A stretch of DNA of 64,000 nt, taken from Gammaproteobacteria bacterium. GTDB lineage: Bacteria > Pseudomonadota > Gammaproteobacteria > SZUA-229. Numbering within the stretch: the stretch's first letter is position 1; each line of letters opens with the position of its first letter. The DNA is taken from contig JASBSR010000034.1 of the NCBI GenBank assembly GCA_030148865.1, positions 36,543-100,542 of the forward strand, written 5' to 3'. Shown in pieces: positions 43,337 through 53,351 of this stretch. Both the position numbers and the translations under genes were made by a program. The notes under the pieces were generated by a model. That model saw only the letters and a program-made list of their open reading frames with translations. It did no database searches and was not told the origin of the DNA.

Positions 43337-45880
43337 TTACTCAGTGACCGGCTGCTCCAGTCCATCAATCTTTTCGACTTCCACCAGCTGCTCGCCATTG
43401 GTGAGTCGAATCAGGCGCACGCCCTGGGTATTGCGGCCCATTTCGCTGATCTCGGTGACCGCGATGCGCACCAGAGTCCCGTTGTTGGTGATCATCATGA
43501 TTTCATCATCGTCGTTCACCTGTACCGCGGAGACGACTTCACCATTGCGATCATTAGTCACTATCGAGATCACACCCTGCCCACCACGGCCTTTTAATGG
43601 GTACTGCGCGGCCAGGGTGCGTTTGCCGAAGCCATTGGCGGTGGCAGTAAGAATGCTGCCTTCATCCTCGACCTTGATCATGCTGATCACGCGCTGGCCA
43701 TCGCCGAGGCGGATACCACGGACACCGGCGGCAGTGCGGCCCATGGCGCGAACGTCAGTCTCGGAGAAACGCACCGCCTTGCCACTGTTGGCCAGCAGCA
43801 TAATGTGGCTCTCACCATTGGTGATGACCACATCGACCAGAGTATCGTCATCACGCAGATCAATCGCAATAATGCCGGACGCACGCTGCCGCGAGAAATT
43901 GCTCAGCGCGGTTTTTTTCACAGTACCGCTGCTGGTGGCCATGAAAATGAAGTGATTGGCGTCGTATTCGCGAATCGGCAGCACAGCATTAATCCGCTCG
44001 CCCTGCTCCAGCGGCAGCAGGTTGATGATCGGCTTGCCGCGCGAACCGCGACTCGCCAGCGGCATCTGGTACACCTTGAGCCAGTACATTTTGCCGCGGC
44101 TGGAGAAACACAGCAGGGTGTCGTGAGTATTGGCGACGAATAATTTCTCGATGAAATCTTCTTCTTTCACCTGGGTCGCCGATTTGCCGCGACCGCCCCG
44201 GCGCTGAGTGTTATAGGTATCCAGCGACTGGCATTTGGCGTAGCCCTCGTGTGAGAAGGTGACCACCACGTCTTCTTCGGCGATCAGGTCTTCCATGCAC
44301 ATGTCGAGCTCGCTGGCGATGATTTCGCTGCGGCGTTTGTCGCCGTATTGCTCGCGGATCGCGCCCAGCTCTTCGCGGATGACTTCCAGCAGACGCTCGG
44401 GATTGGACAAAATTTCCAGCAGCTCGGCGATCAGCTCCAGCAACTGCTTGAACTCATCGACGATCTTGTCCTGTTCCAGCCCGGTGAGACGGTGCAGACG
44501 CAAATCCAGAATCGCCTGCGCCTGCTCTACCGAGAGATGATAACCATCGTCCTTCAGACCCATGCGCGGGTCGAGGCTGTCGGGACGCGAAGCTTCGGCG
44601 CCGGCACGAGTGATCATCTCGGTGACCATGCCCGGCGCCCAGACTTTGTCTATCAGGCCCTGTCTGGCTTCTGCCGGGCTGGACGAAGCCTTGATCAGGG
44701 CGATGATTGCGTCGATATTGGCCAGCGCCACCGCCAGACCTTCCAGAATATGCGCGCGTTCGCGCGCCTTGCGTAATTCGTAAATAGTACGACGGGTAAC
44801 GACTTCGCGGCGATGGCGAATAAAAGCTTCGAGTATCTGTTTAAGATTGAGCAACTGCGGCTGGCCGTCGACCAGCGCCACCATATTAATACCGAACACC
44901 GACTGCATCGCGGTCTGACTGTAAAGATTATTGAGTATCACATCACCGATTTCACCGCGGCGCAGCTCGATGACAATGCGCATGCCATCTTTGTCGGATT
45001 CATCGCGCAGCTCAGAAATACCTTCGATGCGCTTGTCCTTGACCAGCTCGGCGATGCGCTCAATCAGACGCGCCTTGTTCACCTGATACGGAATCTCGGA
45101 GACAATAATCGTCTGTTTGCCGTTTTTCTCTTCGATAATTTCAGCACGGGCGCGCATCACCATCCGGCCACGACCGGTATGGTAGGCATTGACGATACCG
45201 CCAGTGCCATTAATAAGGGCTGCCGTCGGCAGATCCGGTGCCGGGATGTATGCCATCAGACCGTTGATATCGAGCTCGGGATTATCGATCAGCGCCAGAC
45301 AGGCGTTGACCACTTCAGTAATATTGTGCGGCGGGATATTGGTCGCCATGCCCACGGCGATACCCGAGGAGCCATTGACCAGCAGGCCGGGAATGCGCGT
45401 CGGCATGACCATTGGCTCGCTTTCTGAGCCGTCGTAGTTTTCGGCAAAATCGACGGTTTCTTTGTCGAGATCGGCGAGCATTTCGTGGGCAATTTTCGAC
45501 ATCCGCACTTCGGTATAGCGCATCGCGGCCGGTGCATCACCATCGACCGAGCCAAAGTTACCCTGACCATCGACCAGCATGTAGCGCAGCGAGAACGGCT
45601 GTGCCATACGGACGATGGTATCGTAGACCGCAGTGTCACCATGAGGGTGGTATTTACCAATGACATCACCGACCACGCGCGCCGATTTTTTGTAGGGTTT
45701 GTTGTAGTCGTTGCCGAGCACACTCATCGCGTACAGCACGCGTCTGTGCACCGGTTTCAGGCCGTCGCGAACATCGGGTAAGGCGCGACCAACAATGACA
45801 CTCATAGCGTAGCCCAGATAGGACTGACGCATCTCGTCTTCTAAATTGATCGGGGAAATTTCTTTAGCAAAATCAGACAT
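43337..45880 (-). CDS. gyrA: DNA gyrase subunit A
   Basis: [32 protein letters not shown]...[12 protein letters not shown] (QRDR)...AAMRYTE (active-site Tyr), followed by C-terminal beta-pinwheel repeats. Confidence 0.96.
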   Translation of the reverse strand: MSDFAKEISPINLEDEMRQSYLGYAMSVIVGRALPDVRDGLKPVHRRVLYAMSVLGNDYNKPYKKSARVVGDVIGKYHPHGDTAVYDTIVRMAQPFSLRYMLVDGQGNFGSVDGDAPAAMRYTEVRMSKIAHEMLADLDKETVDFAENYDGSESEPMVMPTRIPGLLVNGSSGIAVGMATNIPPHNITEVVNACLALIDNPELDINGLMAYIPAPDLPTAALINGTGGIVNAYHTGRGRMVMRARAEIIEEKNGKQTIIVSEIPYQVNKARLIERIAELVKDKRIEGISELRDESDKDGMRIVIELRRGEIGDVILNNLYSQTAMQSVFGINMVALVDGQPQLLNLKQILEAFIRHRREVVTRRTIYELRKARERAHILEGLAVALANIDAIIALIKASSSPAEARQGLIDKVWAPGMVTEMITRAGAEASRPDSLDPRMGLKDDGYHLSVEQAQAILDLRLHRLTGLEQDKIVDEFKQLLELIAELLEILSNPERLLEVIREELGAIREQYGDKRRSEIIASELDMCMEDLIAEEDVVVTFSHEGYAKCQSLDTYNTQRRGGRGKSATQVKEEDFIEKLFVANTHDTLLCFSSRGKMYWLKVYQMPLASRGSRGKPIINLLPLEQGERINAVLPIREYDANHFIFMATSSGTVKKTALSNFSRQRASGIIAIDLRDDDTLVDVVITNGESHIMLLANSGKAVRFSETDVRAMGRTAAGVRGIRLGDGQRVISMIKVEDEGSILTATANGFGKRTLAAQYPLKGRGGQGVISIVTNDRNGEVVSAVQVNDDDEIMMITNNGTLVRIAVTEISEMGRNTQGVRLIRLTNGEQLVEVEKIDGLEQPVTE

Positions 45881-46075
45881 TTAGAAAGGAAACCGAGAGT
45901 CCATGAATTGTTATTTTGGGCTAGCTACAAAGCCCATGATATTACCACATCCAGGCTCGGCGAAGCACCTCGGAAGGCACAAATATTTAGTCTTTCAGAA
46001 GATAAAAAATTTAGCAAAAACAGCCAGTAAAAACACTCAGCGCAAAACTGTTATCGAGCTCGCAAAGCATTTCAC

Positions 46076-46585
46076 TCAGTCAGAAAGAACCCGGTTTTGG
46101 GAACCCGCGACGCCCCGTTCATGGCGCTGAAAATCATGGCCCAGGTGCAGGCAATAACCCAGCCAGCGAAACAAAAAGCGGTTCAGTTTCCACTTCACGC
46201 GCAGCGATTCACCTGGCACATGGTTGAGACGCTCGCGGCCGTGCTTCAAATGGCCGGCGAGCACTTCTACCATGGCAGCATCATGATACACGCACAGGCA
46301 TAAATCCGGCTCGGCTACCCGTTCCGCCGTAGCCTCGGCTGCGAAATAATAGGTCAGACGACAGGTCGAGGTATAACGGCTGCGCTCCAGCAGCTCAATA
46401 TGCAGATCCAGACAGCCTTCACGCTGCGACACGGCTTCGCCGTTGAATGCCATCAGCTCGGGGTGCAGTTTGCGCAGGCGTAGATAATTATTCTCGTAGA
46501 GATCCATCAGGCTGGCATAACCACCCGGTTTGACGGCCTCGAAAGCGTACTGACGTGGTGAATACATACGAACTGCGGCCCTCAA
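46076..46585 (-). CDS. DUF1249 (YqiB-like) protein
   Basis: It shares the YqiB pattern ...ERSRYTSTCRLTY...VYHDAAMVEV...KLNRFLFRWLGYCLHLGH. The start may be the internal MYSPRQ (about 46567). Confidence 0.7.
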   Translation of the reverse strand: MRAAVRMYSPRQYAFEAVKPGGYASLMDLYENNYLRLRKLHPELMAFNGEAVSQREGCLDLHIELLERSRYTSTCRLTYYFAAEATAERVAEPDLCLCVYHDAAMVEVLAGHLKHGRERLNHVPGESLRVKWKLNRFLFRWLGYCLHLGHDFQRHERGVAGSQNRVLSD

Positions 46586-46694
46586 TACTAATGACTTGAT
46601 AGCACATGATGTGCATGGATCAGACTAAACGAGATAGCATGACAACTGGTATACTATAACGCACCTATCGCAACCAGCAGAACAGTCAAAACAC

Positions 46695-47282
46695 ATGTCA
46701 CGCACAGATTCATTACCCGAAGTTACCGGCCCCTATAAATATATTCGTAAACTGCAGTATCACGAAGCATCGCGGCAGTGGTTTGCTGTGCTGTTCGTGC
46801 TGCTGGTGAGCTGGCTGGGACAGCCGCAGGCTGAGTTACTTTACGCAGGGCTGGTGTTAATCGTCATCGGTGAAGCAATACGCGTCTGGGCCTCGGGTCA
46901 TGTGAAAAAAAATAAAGTCCTCGCCACTGATGGCCCCTATGCGTACGTCAGACATCCGCTGTATGTTGGCAATATATTACTGATCGCTGGTTTCTCACTG
47001 GCCTCGGCTTTGTGGTGGTCACCCATATTAATGCTGGCGCTGCTGCTCTTTTATTACCCCGCTGCGATTTCGTATGAAGATTCAAAACTGCATGATTATT
47101 TCGGCGAGCAATGGGAAAACTGGAGTCGCAATATTCACGCCCTGATCCCCAGCTTTCGCCATCGCGCCGGCAGCACCAGCAGTCAATGGTCGCTGAAACA
47201 AAGCCTGATGCAAAATGGTGAACCCGTCATTGTGGTGTATCTCATCTGGTGCTTTTATCTGTTGTACGCAAAAATCGCCTAG
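46695..47282 (+). CDS. Membrane methyltransferase of the ICMT / phospholipid-methyltransferase family
   Basis: A multi-TM protein with the family motif TDGPYAYVRHPLYVGNILLIAGFSL...YEDSKL...FGEQWENW. Confidence 0.7.
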   Translation: MSRTDSLPEVTGPYKYIRKLQYHEASRQWFAVLFVLLVSWLGQPQAELLYAGLVLIVIGEAIRVWASGHVKKNKVLATDGPYAYVRHPLYVGNILLIAGFSLASALWWSPILMLALLLFYYPAAISYEDSKLHDYFGEQWENWSRNIHALIPSFRHRAGSTSSQWSLKQSLMQNGEPVIVVYLIWCFYLLYAKIA

Positions 47283-47302
47283 GTGACACGCCCAGGATCA
47301 AC

Positions 47303-47977
47303 ATGGACCACAGACTCGACGAAGCCGAGCTAACACGCTGGGTTGAAACCAGCCTGCGAGACCAGACGCACATATTGGCCGCTGGCTATCAGGGCAAGAC
47401 ACTGGAATACCACGACAACCAGCAGCACCTCGTGATTAAAGTTCCACACGGCACAGGACTGCTGAAATACCTGCACACCCTGATGCTGCGCCACGAACAC
47501 AGAGTCTATCAACAGCTCGAAGGTTTTCCCGCCAGCCCCAAATGCTACGGCATGCTGGCAAACACCTATCTAATACTCGAATACATCCACGCCAGACCGA
47601 TTCGCGAACAACGCCCTGAAATAAATACAGACTATTATTCCAGTCTGCTACATCACATACAGGATATGCATCGCCGCCGAGTAGCGCACATGGATTTAAA
47701 AAAGAAAGACAATTTACTGGTCAGCGCAAACCAGCAGCCGCGCCTGATTGATTTTGGTGCCAGCGTGATTTACAAGCCGGGGTTTCATCCGTTTAACCAT
47801 TACTGGTTTAAACTTGCCAGACAATTTGATTACAACGCCTGGCTAAAACACAAATATCATGACGACGAAGAAAATATTTCAGCAGAAGACGCTCAATACC
47901 ATAAACGCACCCTGCTAGAACGCATCGCAAAGCGTTTGAAGTCCACTTACCACACCGTCTTGAACTATTTCAGGTAA
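47303..47977 (+). CDS. Minimal protein-kinase-fold protein (RIO / Kdo / lipid-kinase-like), ~225 aa
   Basis: The ORF is trimmed to MDHRLDEAEL. It has a beta-3 Lys (HLVIKV), a catalytic loop (VAHMDLKKKDNLLV) and RLIDFGAS (DFG). No additional domains are present. Confidence 0.65.
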   Translation: MDHRLDEAELTRWVETSLRDQTHILAAGYQGKTLEYHDNQQHLVIKVPHGTGLLKYLHTLMLRHEHRVYQQLEGFPASPKCYGMLANTYLILEYIHARPIREQRPEINTDYYSSLLHHIQDMHRRRVAHMDLKKKDNLLVSANQQPRLIDFGASVIYKPGFHPFNHYWFKLARQFDYNAWLKHKYHDDEENISAEDAQYHKRTLLERIAKRLKSTYHTVLNYFR

Positions 47978-47984
47978 GATCATT

Positions 47985-48932
47985 ATGAAAAAAAATCTGC
48001 TCGGTTTCACACTGTTTCTTATTGTCATCGGCATCGCTTATTTTAGTTATCAATACTACGCCAATAATAAAGCCGCCGACTGGCCAGACAGACAAAGCCT
48101 GCAGAACAGCTTTGACGAATCCATTCAATGGTTGAGCAATCGTTATCCAGACATTAAAAACACGCACAATCCCGCGCTCTGGTGGATGCTGAAAGAAGCC
48201 ACCGACATTAACGACAATAAAAAACTGGCCGATATCTTCCAGCAGTATAAAACTGAATATCTTGACGCCAACCCAACCAACATATGGACACCCTACTTCC
48301 GAAAATTTTATCGACCACTGGTGCCGGAGATTTCGACATTCAACCGCTACTCGCCCTATCAGACATTTTTTATCTATGCGCTATCCTGCAACAAAGCACT
48401 TGCGCAGGAGCCCATCATTCAGGATCAGCTGCACGCAAATTTTTGCAGCATGCATTATTTAAGTCCGCGCTGCGTCACCCATCAGCTGATGGCAGTGCAC
48501 CTGATGCAGGAACGCTACTGTGGTGATAACCAGCAACTGGAAACACTGGCAAATGCGCTGCAAAGTATTATTGTCGACGAACTCACCTATGACTTTCGTG
48601 TCACCGATGCTTATTTACAACGCGTGCTCATGCTCGCACAGTCTGAGAACTTTGCTGCCATCAAACCAGTATGGATTCAACGCATACTCGCGGCACAAAA
48701 TGATGACGGCGGCTGGGATGATGCCTACCCGGTACTCAGCCTGTCCGATACCAAAGTGATCGGCTGGAGCAGCACCCTGCCGGGCCTGATCAGCACGAAA
48801 AGTAATTTTCACGCCACGGCCCAGGGCATCTGGCTAATGGCGTTATTACTCAAACATGGCGATGCCAGCGCCGACCAACAAGATTCAGAAAAAAGCATAC
48901 CCTCACCCCCAACCACCCCTTTTGGGGACTAA
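47985..48932 (+). CDS. N-terminally membrane-anchored hypothetical protein
   Basis: TM helix LLGFTLFLIVIGIAYFSY. The alpha-rich body carries one QW-like motif (AAQNDDGGWDD) reminiscent of terpenoid-cyclase/prenyltransferase repeats. No firm family assignment. Confidence 0.5.
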   Translation: MKKNLLGFTLFLIVIGIAYFSYQYYANNKAADWPDRQSLQNSFDESIQWLSNRYPDIKNTHNPALWWMLKEATDINDNKKLADIFQQYKTEYLDANPTNIWTPYFRKFYRPLVPEISTFNRYSPYQTFFIYALSCNKALAQEPIIQDQLHANFCSMHYLSPRCVTHQLMAVHLMQERYCGDNQQLETLANALQSIIVDELTYDFRVTDAYLQRVLMLAQSENFAAIKPVWIQRILAAQNDDGGWDDAYPVLSLSDTKVIGWSSTLPGLISTKSNFHATAQGIWLMALLLKHGDASADQQDSEKSIPSPPTTPFGD

Positions 48933-48988
48933 AACAATCCCGCTGAATACGTTAGATTGCCATCAGATGTTCATCACGGGAGTTTGCA

Positions 48989-50068
48989 GTGTCTGAAAAA
49001 GATTCAAATGTAAGAGAAATTCGCATCAACCCGGTATCACCCAGCGAATCCGTACTGGTCGCAACCGCACGGGGGATGCGCCCACGCACAGCAGAAAAAC
49101 GCGTCGCGGAAGTTCCTGTTGACCATGTTGCAAAATGTCCATTCTGCAAAGGCAACGAAGATAAAACGCCGCCTACGATCATGGCGCGCCCATCTGAAGG
49201 CGACTGGAAAATTCGTATTGTCGAAAATTTATATCCTGTACTTGGTGATGATCGTCGTGATACCGGCATTAACTTTGGCCTGCAACAGGCGATCGAAGGC
49301 TATGGTCGTCACGAAGTGATTATTGATCACAAAAGTCACGGCATACGCATGCACGAGATGGACGTTTCGCATTTACAGATGCTGTTTCAAACCTATCGCC
49401 AGCGTATGCAGGAACTCTATGCTAATGACAAACGTATTCGCTATGTTTTAATTTTTAAAAACTTCGGTGAAGCTGCTGGTGCCAGCATCAAGCATACACA
49501 CAGTCAGATTATTGCCATGCCAGTGATCCCGGAAAACGTTTATAACGAAATCCATCACAGTCGAAATTATTATGAAAAACATCACCAGTGCATATTCTGC
49601 ACTCTGATCGATGAAGCATTAACATTTGAAGCGACAATATACGATCGCGAGTCTGGCAAGATACGACGCAAGATTGATGTTGGGCAATACGTCATCGAAC
49701 GCGGTAAAAAATTTATTGCTATCAAACCTTTTGCCAGCCGCTATGAATGGGAAGTGCATATCCTGCCGTTGAAACACGAAAGTGATTTCATCAGCACCAG
49801 CGATGAAGATCTTGAAGATCTGGGCATGGTACTTAAAAATACCATGGCGAGACTTGATCGGGTCATCGGCGGCGCACAGTATAATTTTTTTCTGCACTCA
49901 CAACCACATGCTGATGCTGGCGAAGACTGCAGCGCGAGCTATCACTGGCATCTGGAAATCTGTCCGCGCACCAGCATTCCTACCGGCTTCGAACTTGGCT
50001 CCGGCCTGTTCGTCAGCACGATCAGCCCAGAAGACGCGGCGCAACGCCTGCGCGATGTCAAACTCTGA
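48989..50068 (+). CDS. GalT-type HIT-superfamily nucleotidyltransferase (galactose-1-phosphate uridylyltransferase / ADP-glucose phosphorylase-like)
   Basis: GTG start. It has a zinc-knuckle motif (CPFCKGNE) and the active-site motif KHTHSQIIAMP (HxHxQ, compare HPHGQ in E. coli GalT). The second half-domain ends ...HWHLEICPR. No galK or galE lies nearby. Confidence 0.65.
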   Translation: MSEKDSNVREIRINPVSPSESVLVATARGMRPRTAEKRVAEVPVDHVAKCPFCKGNEDKTPPTIMARPSEGDWKIRIVENLYPVLGDDRRDTGINFGLQQAIEGYGRHEVIIDHKSHGIRMHEMDVSHLQMLFQTYRQRMQELYANDKRIRYVLIFKNFGEAAGASIKHTHSQIIAMPVIPENVYNEIHHSRNYYEKHHQCIFCTLIDEALTFEATIYDRESGKIRRKIDVGQYVIERGKKFIAIKPFASRYEWEVHILPLKHESDFISTSDEDLEDLGMVLKNTMARLDRVIGGAQYNFFLHSQPHADAGEDCSASYHWHLEICPRTSIPTGFELGSGLFVSTISPEDAAQRLRDVKL

Positions 50069-50097
50069 CGAACTGTGTTTGTGTCGCGCAGCGCGTT

Positions 50098-50313
50098 TCA
50101 GAACGCAGCACCGGGCTTTTTACCTATCAGTTTCAGAATAATTGCCATTGGGCAAAAACCTGTGAACGCGGATTGCAGCAGGTTGAAACCGACAAAAGCG
50201 GTAAACCACAGCCAGTATGCGCTCAAAAACAGCGGGCTGGCACTAGCACCGAATGCCAGACTGAGCAGAATAAAAAAACCGGCAACTGCCAGCACGATGC
50301 GATCAATACTCAT
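50098..50313 (-). CDS. DUF2892 (YgaP-like) small membrane protein
   Basis: 71 aa reading [17 protein letters not shown]...[22 protein letters not shown], the typical DUF2892 pattern. Confidence 0.7.
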   Translation of the reverse strand: MSIDRIVLAVAGFFILLSLAFGASASPLFLSAYWLWFTAFVGFNLLQSAFTGFCPMAIILKLIGKKPGAAF

Positions 50314-50413
50314 AGCACTACCTCGATGATTAATTTCCAGTCGTCTAATAGTATATTAGAGATTTCTAATATGTCAAATACACCTGCCAAAGCCCACCAT
50401 AACGGGTGTTAAA

Positions 50414-50665
50414 TCAATGACGTATCCGCACCATGTTGATAAACGCGGCCAGCTCAGGGTCGCTGGCGCGAGTTCTGGCGAGAAGTAAATCCAGTAATAC
50501 CGCATCTGGATAGTCCAGCAGATGAGCAAATAATTCCAGCTGCGCCTGATCCAGCTGTGCAAAATGCTCATTGAGAAAATCATTGAGCAGCAAATCCAGC
50601 TCGAGCATACCGCGCCGGCAGCGCCAACGCAGTTGTTCCAGCGAAGCCGTCTCTGCCGCACTCAC
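50414..50665 (-). CDS. sdhE: FAD assembly factor SdhE (succinate dehydrogenase flavinylation factor)
   Basis: The track ORF 50414..50764 overlaps sdhB, so I trimmed it to the GTG at 50663-50665, which overlaps the sdhB stop as GTGA. LEQLRWRCRRGMLELDLLLNDFL...LLDYPDAVLLDLLL matches the SdhE RGxxE family motif. Confidence 0.8.
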   Translation of the reverse strand: MSAAETASLEQLRWRCRRGMLELDLLLNDFLNEHFAQLDQAQLELFAHLLDYPDAVLLDLLLARTRASDPELAAFINMVRIRH

Positions 50666-51360
50666 AACGAGCGTCGCACCATCATTTTTTTGATATTGCC
50701 GATGGCTTCGGTGGGATTGAGCCCTTTGGGACACACTTGCACGCAGTTCATGATGGTGTGACAACGGAACAGCTTGAACGGGCCTTCGAGATTAGCGAGC
50801 CGCTCTTCCCTGGCCTGATCGCGACTGTCCTCGAGAAACCGCGCTGCCTGCAACAGCGCCGCCGGACCGAGAAACTTGTCCGGATTCCACCAGAATGAAG
50901 GGCACTGCGTGGTACAACATGCACAAAGAATACATTCATAAAGTCCGTCGAGCTTTTCTCTCTGTATCGGGCTTTGCGGTAATTCAACTTCGGGCATGGG
51001 ATCATTTACAATTAGATAGGGCTTTACATCGCGATAGTTCTGATAAAACTGTTCCATGTCGATAATTAAGTCACGCACCACCGGCAGGCCTGGCAATGGC
51101 CGCACTTCGATCGGTTGCTTCAGGGAGGCCACTGGTGTGATACAGGCCAGACCATTGAGACCATTGATACTCATACCATCAGAACCACAGACGCCTTCAC
51201 CACAGGAGCGACGAAAACTTAAAGTTTCGTCCTGCTCGTCTTTAATTCGCAACAAGGCCGCGAGTAACATGGTGCCGGGTTCGATATCATTTAATTCATA
51301 CGATTGCATGCGCGGCTTGCTGTCGCTGTCCGGATTAAAACGATAAATATTAAACTTCAT
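50662..51360 (-). CDS. sdhB: Succinate dehydrogenase iron-sulfur subunit
   Basis: Cys clusters for 2Fe-2S (SFRRSCGEGVCGSDGMSING...C), 4Fe-4S and 3Fe-4S (CILCACCTTQCPS...CHTIMNCVQVCPKG). Confidence 0.95.
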   Translation of the reverse strand: MKFNIYRFNPDSDSKPRMQSYELNDIEPGTMLLAALLRIKDEQDETLSFRRSCGEGVCGSDGMSINGLNGLACITPVASLKQPIEVRPLPGLPVVRDLIIDMEQFYQNYRDVKPYLIVNDPMPEVELPQSPIQREKLDGLYECILCACCTTQCPSFWWNPDKFLGPAALLQAARFLEDSRDQAREERLANLEGPFKLFRCHTIMNCVQVCPKGLNPTEAIGNIKKMMVRRSL

Positions 51361-51393
51361 CGTGCGCCTCGTAGAGTTAAAAACTAAATATTT

Positions 51394-51566
51394 GTTACAG
51401 AGAACTCAGAATCAAAGTCGTAAAAGCATTGTCCGCGAATGAACGCAGAATATTAAGATCTGCGCCTGCGGCGCGTGGCGTAAACATATAATGATCATAT
51501 TTGCGTTTATTAGCGTTCATTTGCGGATATAAGCTTTTAGTTTTTTACGTCTCTGTACCTCTGCGG
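51394..51566. repeat. Copy B of the nested-inverted-repeat element family, lying between sdhA and sdhB
   Basis: Inner arms tccgcgaatgaacgc (51432-51446) and gcgttcatttgcgga (51513-51527), with 1 mismatch. A central hairpin gcgcc-tgc-ggcgc is present. The outer ends are ttacagagaac / ctctgtacctctgcgg. It aligns by eye along its length with the reverse complement of copy C. Confidence 0.8.
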
Positions 51567-51578
51567 CAAATCATCTTT

Positions 51579-53351
51579 TTAATAAACCCGCGCCTTTGGC
51601 GGGAAACTGTCAACACTGATCGGTCGCGTACGCACCGGTTTATAATCCAGACCGTTTTCCAGTGAATACAGACTGTGCTTCATCCATTGCAGGTCATCGC
51701 GTTCAGGATAATCAATGCGCGAATGCGCGCCACGACTTTCTTTGCGCGCGTAAGCAGAATGTATTGTCGCCAGTGCCACAGCCATTAAATTTTCCAGCTC
51801 CAGCGCTTCAACACGCGCAGTGTTAAACACCTGACTGCTATCACCGATACGTGCATAAGCCATGCGTTTCGATAAAGCTTCAACTTTGTTAACGCCCTCA
51901 GCCAGTACATCGTCATTTCGGAACACACTGCAATGCGCTTCCATCACAGTTTTTAATTCATTGCGCAGGCTGGCAATCGATTCAGTATTATCATCACTAT
52001 TACCATTGCCATCCCAGCGGTGCATGCGTTCCAGCGCCGTATCAACACTCGGCTGATGCATTGGCTTGTGATAACGATTGTCTTTTAGATAATCAATAAT
52101 ATGATTTGCTGCCGCACGACCGAAGACCAGAATATCCAGCAAGGAATTACCACCGAGACGATTGGCACCATGCACCGAAACACAGGCACATTCGCCGGCA
52201 GCGTATAAACCGGTGACCGGCTCTTCCGGCGTGTCTTTTACCGGCACTACGACCTGACCGTAACGATCGGTGGGAATCCCGCCCATGGTGTAATGCGCGG
52301 TCGGGAATACCGGAATCGGCGATTCTGCCGGGTCGATTCCCAGAAACGTAATACAGGTCTGGCGAATACCAGGCAAACGTTTTTGAATCACATCTTCACC
52401 GAGATGATCAAGTTTTAACATGACATGATCTTTTTTCGGTCCACAGCCACGACCTTCGCGCACTTCGGTGGCTATCGCGCGGCTCACCACATCGCGGCTG
52501 GCGAGGTCTTTGACTTTTGGCGCGTAACGCTCCATCAAACGTTCACCATCGACGTTGACCAGATACCCCCCCTCACCGCGTGCGCCTTCGGTAATCAGCA
52601 TGCCGCGACCGGCAATGCCGGTGGGGTGGAACTGAAAAAATTCCATATCCTGCAGGGGCACACCGGCGCGCAGCGCCATGCCCATGCCATCGCCAGTATT
52701 GATCAGCGCATTGGTGGTGGTTTTGAACAACTGCCCGGCACCGCCAGTGGCGAGTAAAGTTGTTTTAGCTTCAATCGTCACCGGCTCACCGTCGTGAATA
52801 TTGAACGCCAGCGCACCCAGCACCTGACCGTCTTCATTTTTTAATAAATCGACGGCAAAGTATTCATCGAAAAAATGGGTTTTGGCGCGAATATTCTGCT
52901 GATACAGACTGTGTAAAATCGCGTGGCCGGTGCGATCCGCTGCGGCGCAGGTGCGCGCGGCCTGATCGCCGCCGAAGTCCTGACTCTGGCCACCAAAAGG
53001 GCGTTGATATATCGAACCATTATCCAGCCGCGAAAATGGCACGCCGAAATGTTCCAGCTCGTAAACAGCTTTGGGCGCGGCACGACACATATATTCAATC
53101 GCATCCTGATCACCGAGATAATCGCTGCCCTTGACAGTATCGAACATATGCCAGTGCCAGTTGTCCGGGGTAACATTCGCCAGGGCAGCGTTCATACCGC
53201 CCTGCGCCGCCACCGTGTGCGAACGCGTGGGAAAAACTTTGGACACCACGGCAACACTGGCATCGGCCTGCGTCAGTTGCAGCGCGGCGCGCAAACCGCC
53301 GCCGCCAGCACCAATTATCAATGTATCAAACTGTCGCTTCTGCATTGTCAT
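51579..53351 (-). CDS. sdhA: Succinate dehydrogenase flavoprotein subunit
   Basis: The ORF is trimmed to MTMQKRQFDTLIIGAGGGGLRA (FAD dinucleotide fold). The ATG overlaps the sdhD stop as ATGA. RSHTVAAQGG carries the covalent-FAD His. Confidence 0.95.
   Translation of the reverse strand: MTMQKRQFDTLIIGAGGGGLRAALQLTQADASVAVVSKVFPTRSHTVAAQGGMNAALANVTPDNWHWHMFDTVKGSDYLGDQDAIEYMCRAAPKAVYELEHFGVPFSRLDNGSIYQRPFGGQSQDFGGDQAARTCAAADRTGHAILHSLYQQNIRAKTHFFDEYFAVDLLKNEDGQVLGALAFNIHDGEPVTIEAKTTLLATGGAGQLFKTTTNALINTGDGMGMALRAGVPLQDMEFFQFHPTGIAGRGMLITEGARGEGGYLVNVDGERLMERYAPKVKDLASRDVVSRAIATEVREGRGCGPKKDHVMLKLDHLGEDVIQKRLPGIRQTCITFLGIDPAESPIPVFPTAHYTMGGIPTDRYGQVVVPVKDTPEEPVTGLYAAGECACVSVHGANRLGGNSLLDILVFGRAAANHIIDYLKDNRYHKPMHQPSVDTALERMHRWDGNGNSDDNTESIASLRNELKTVMEAHCSVFRNDDVLAEGVNKVEALSKRMAYARIGDSSQVFNTARVEALELENLMAVALATIHSAYARKESRGAHSRIDYPERDDLQWMKHSLYSLENGLDYKPVRTRPISVDSFPPKARVY

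Noticed and set aside
45903-46130. 75-aa plus-strand ORF in the gyrA upstream region
   Set aside because: It overlaps the 3' end of the DUF1249 gene, has no SD, and its basic low-complexity product has no motif. The region is better explained as the gyrA promoter or leader.
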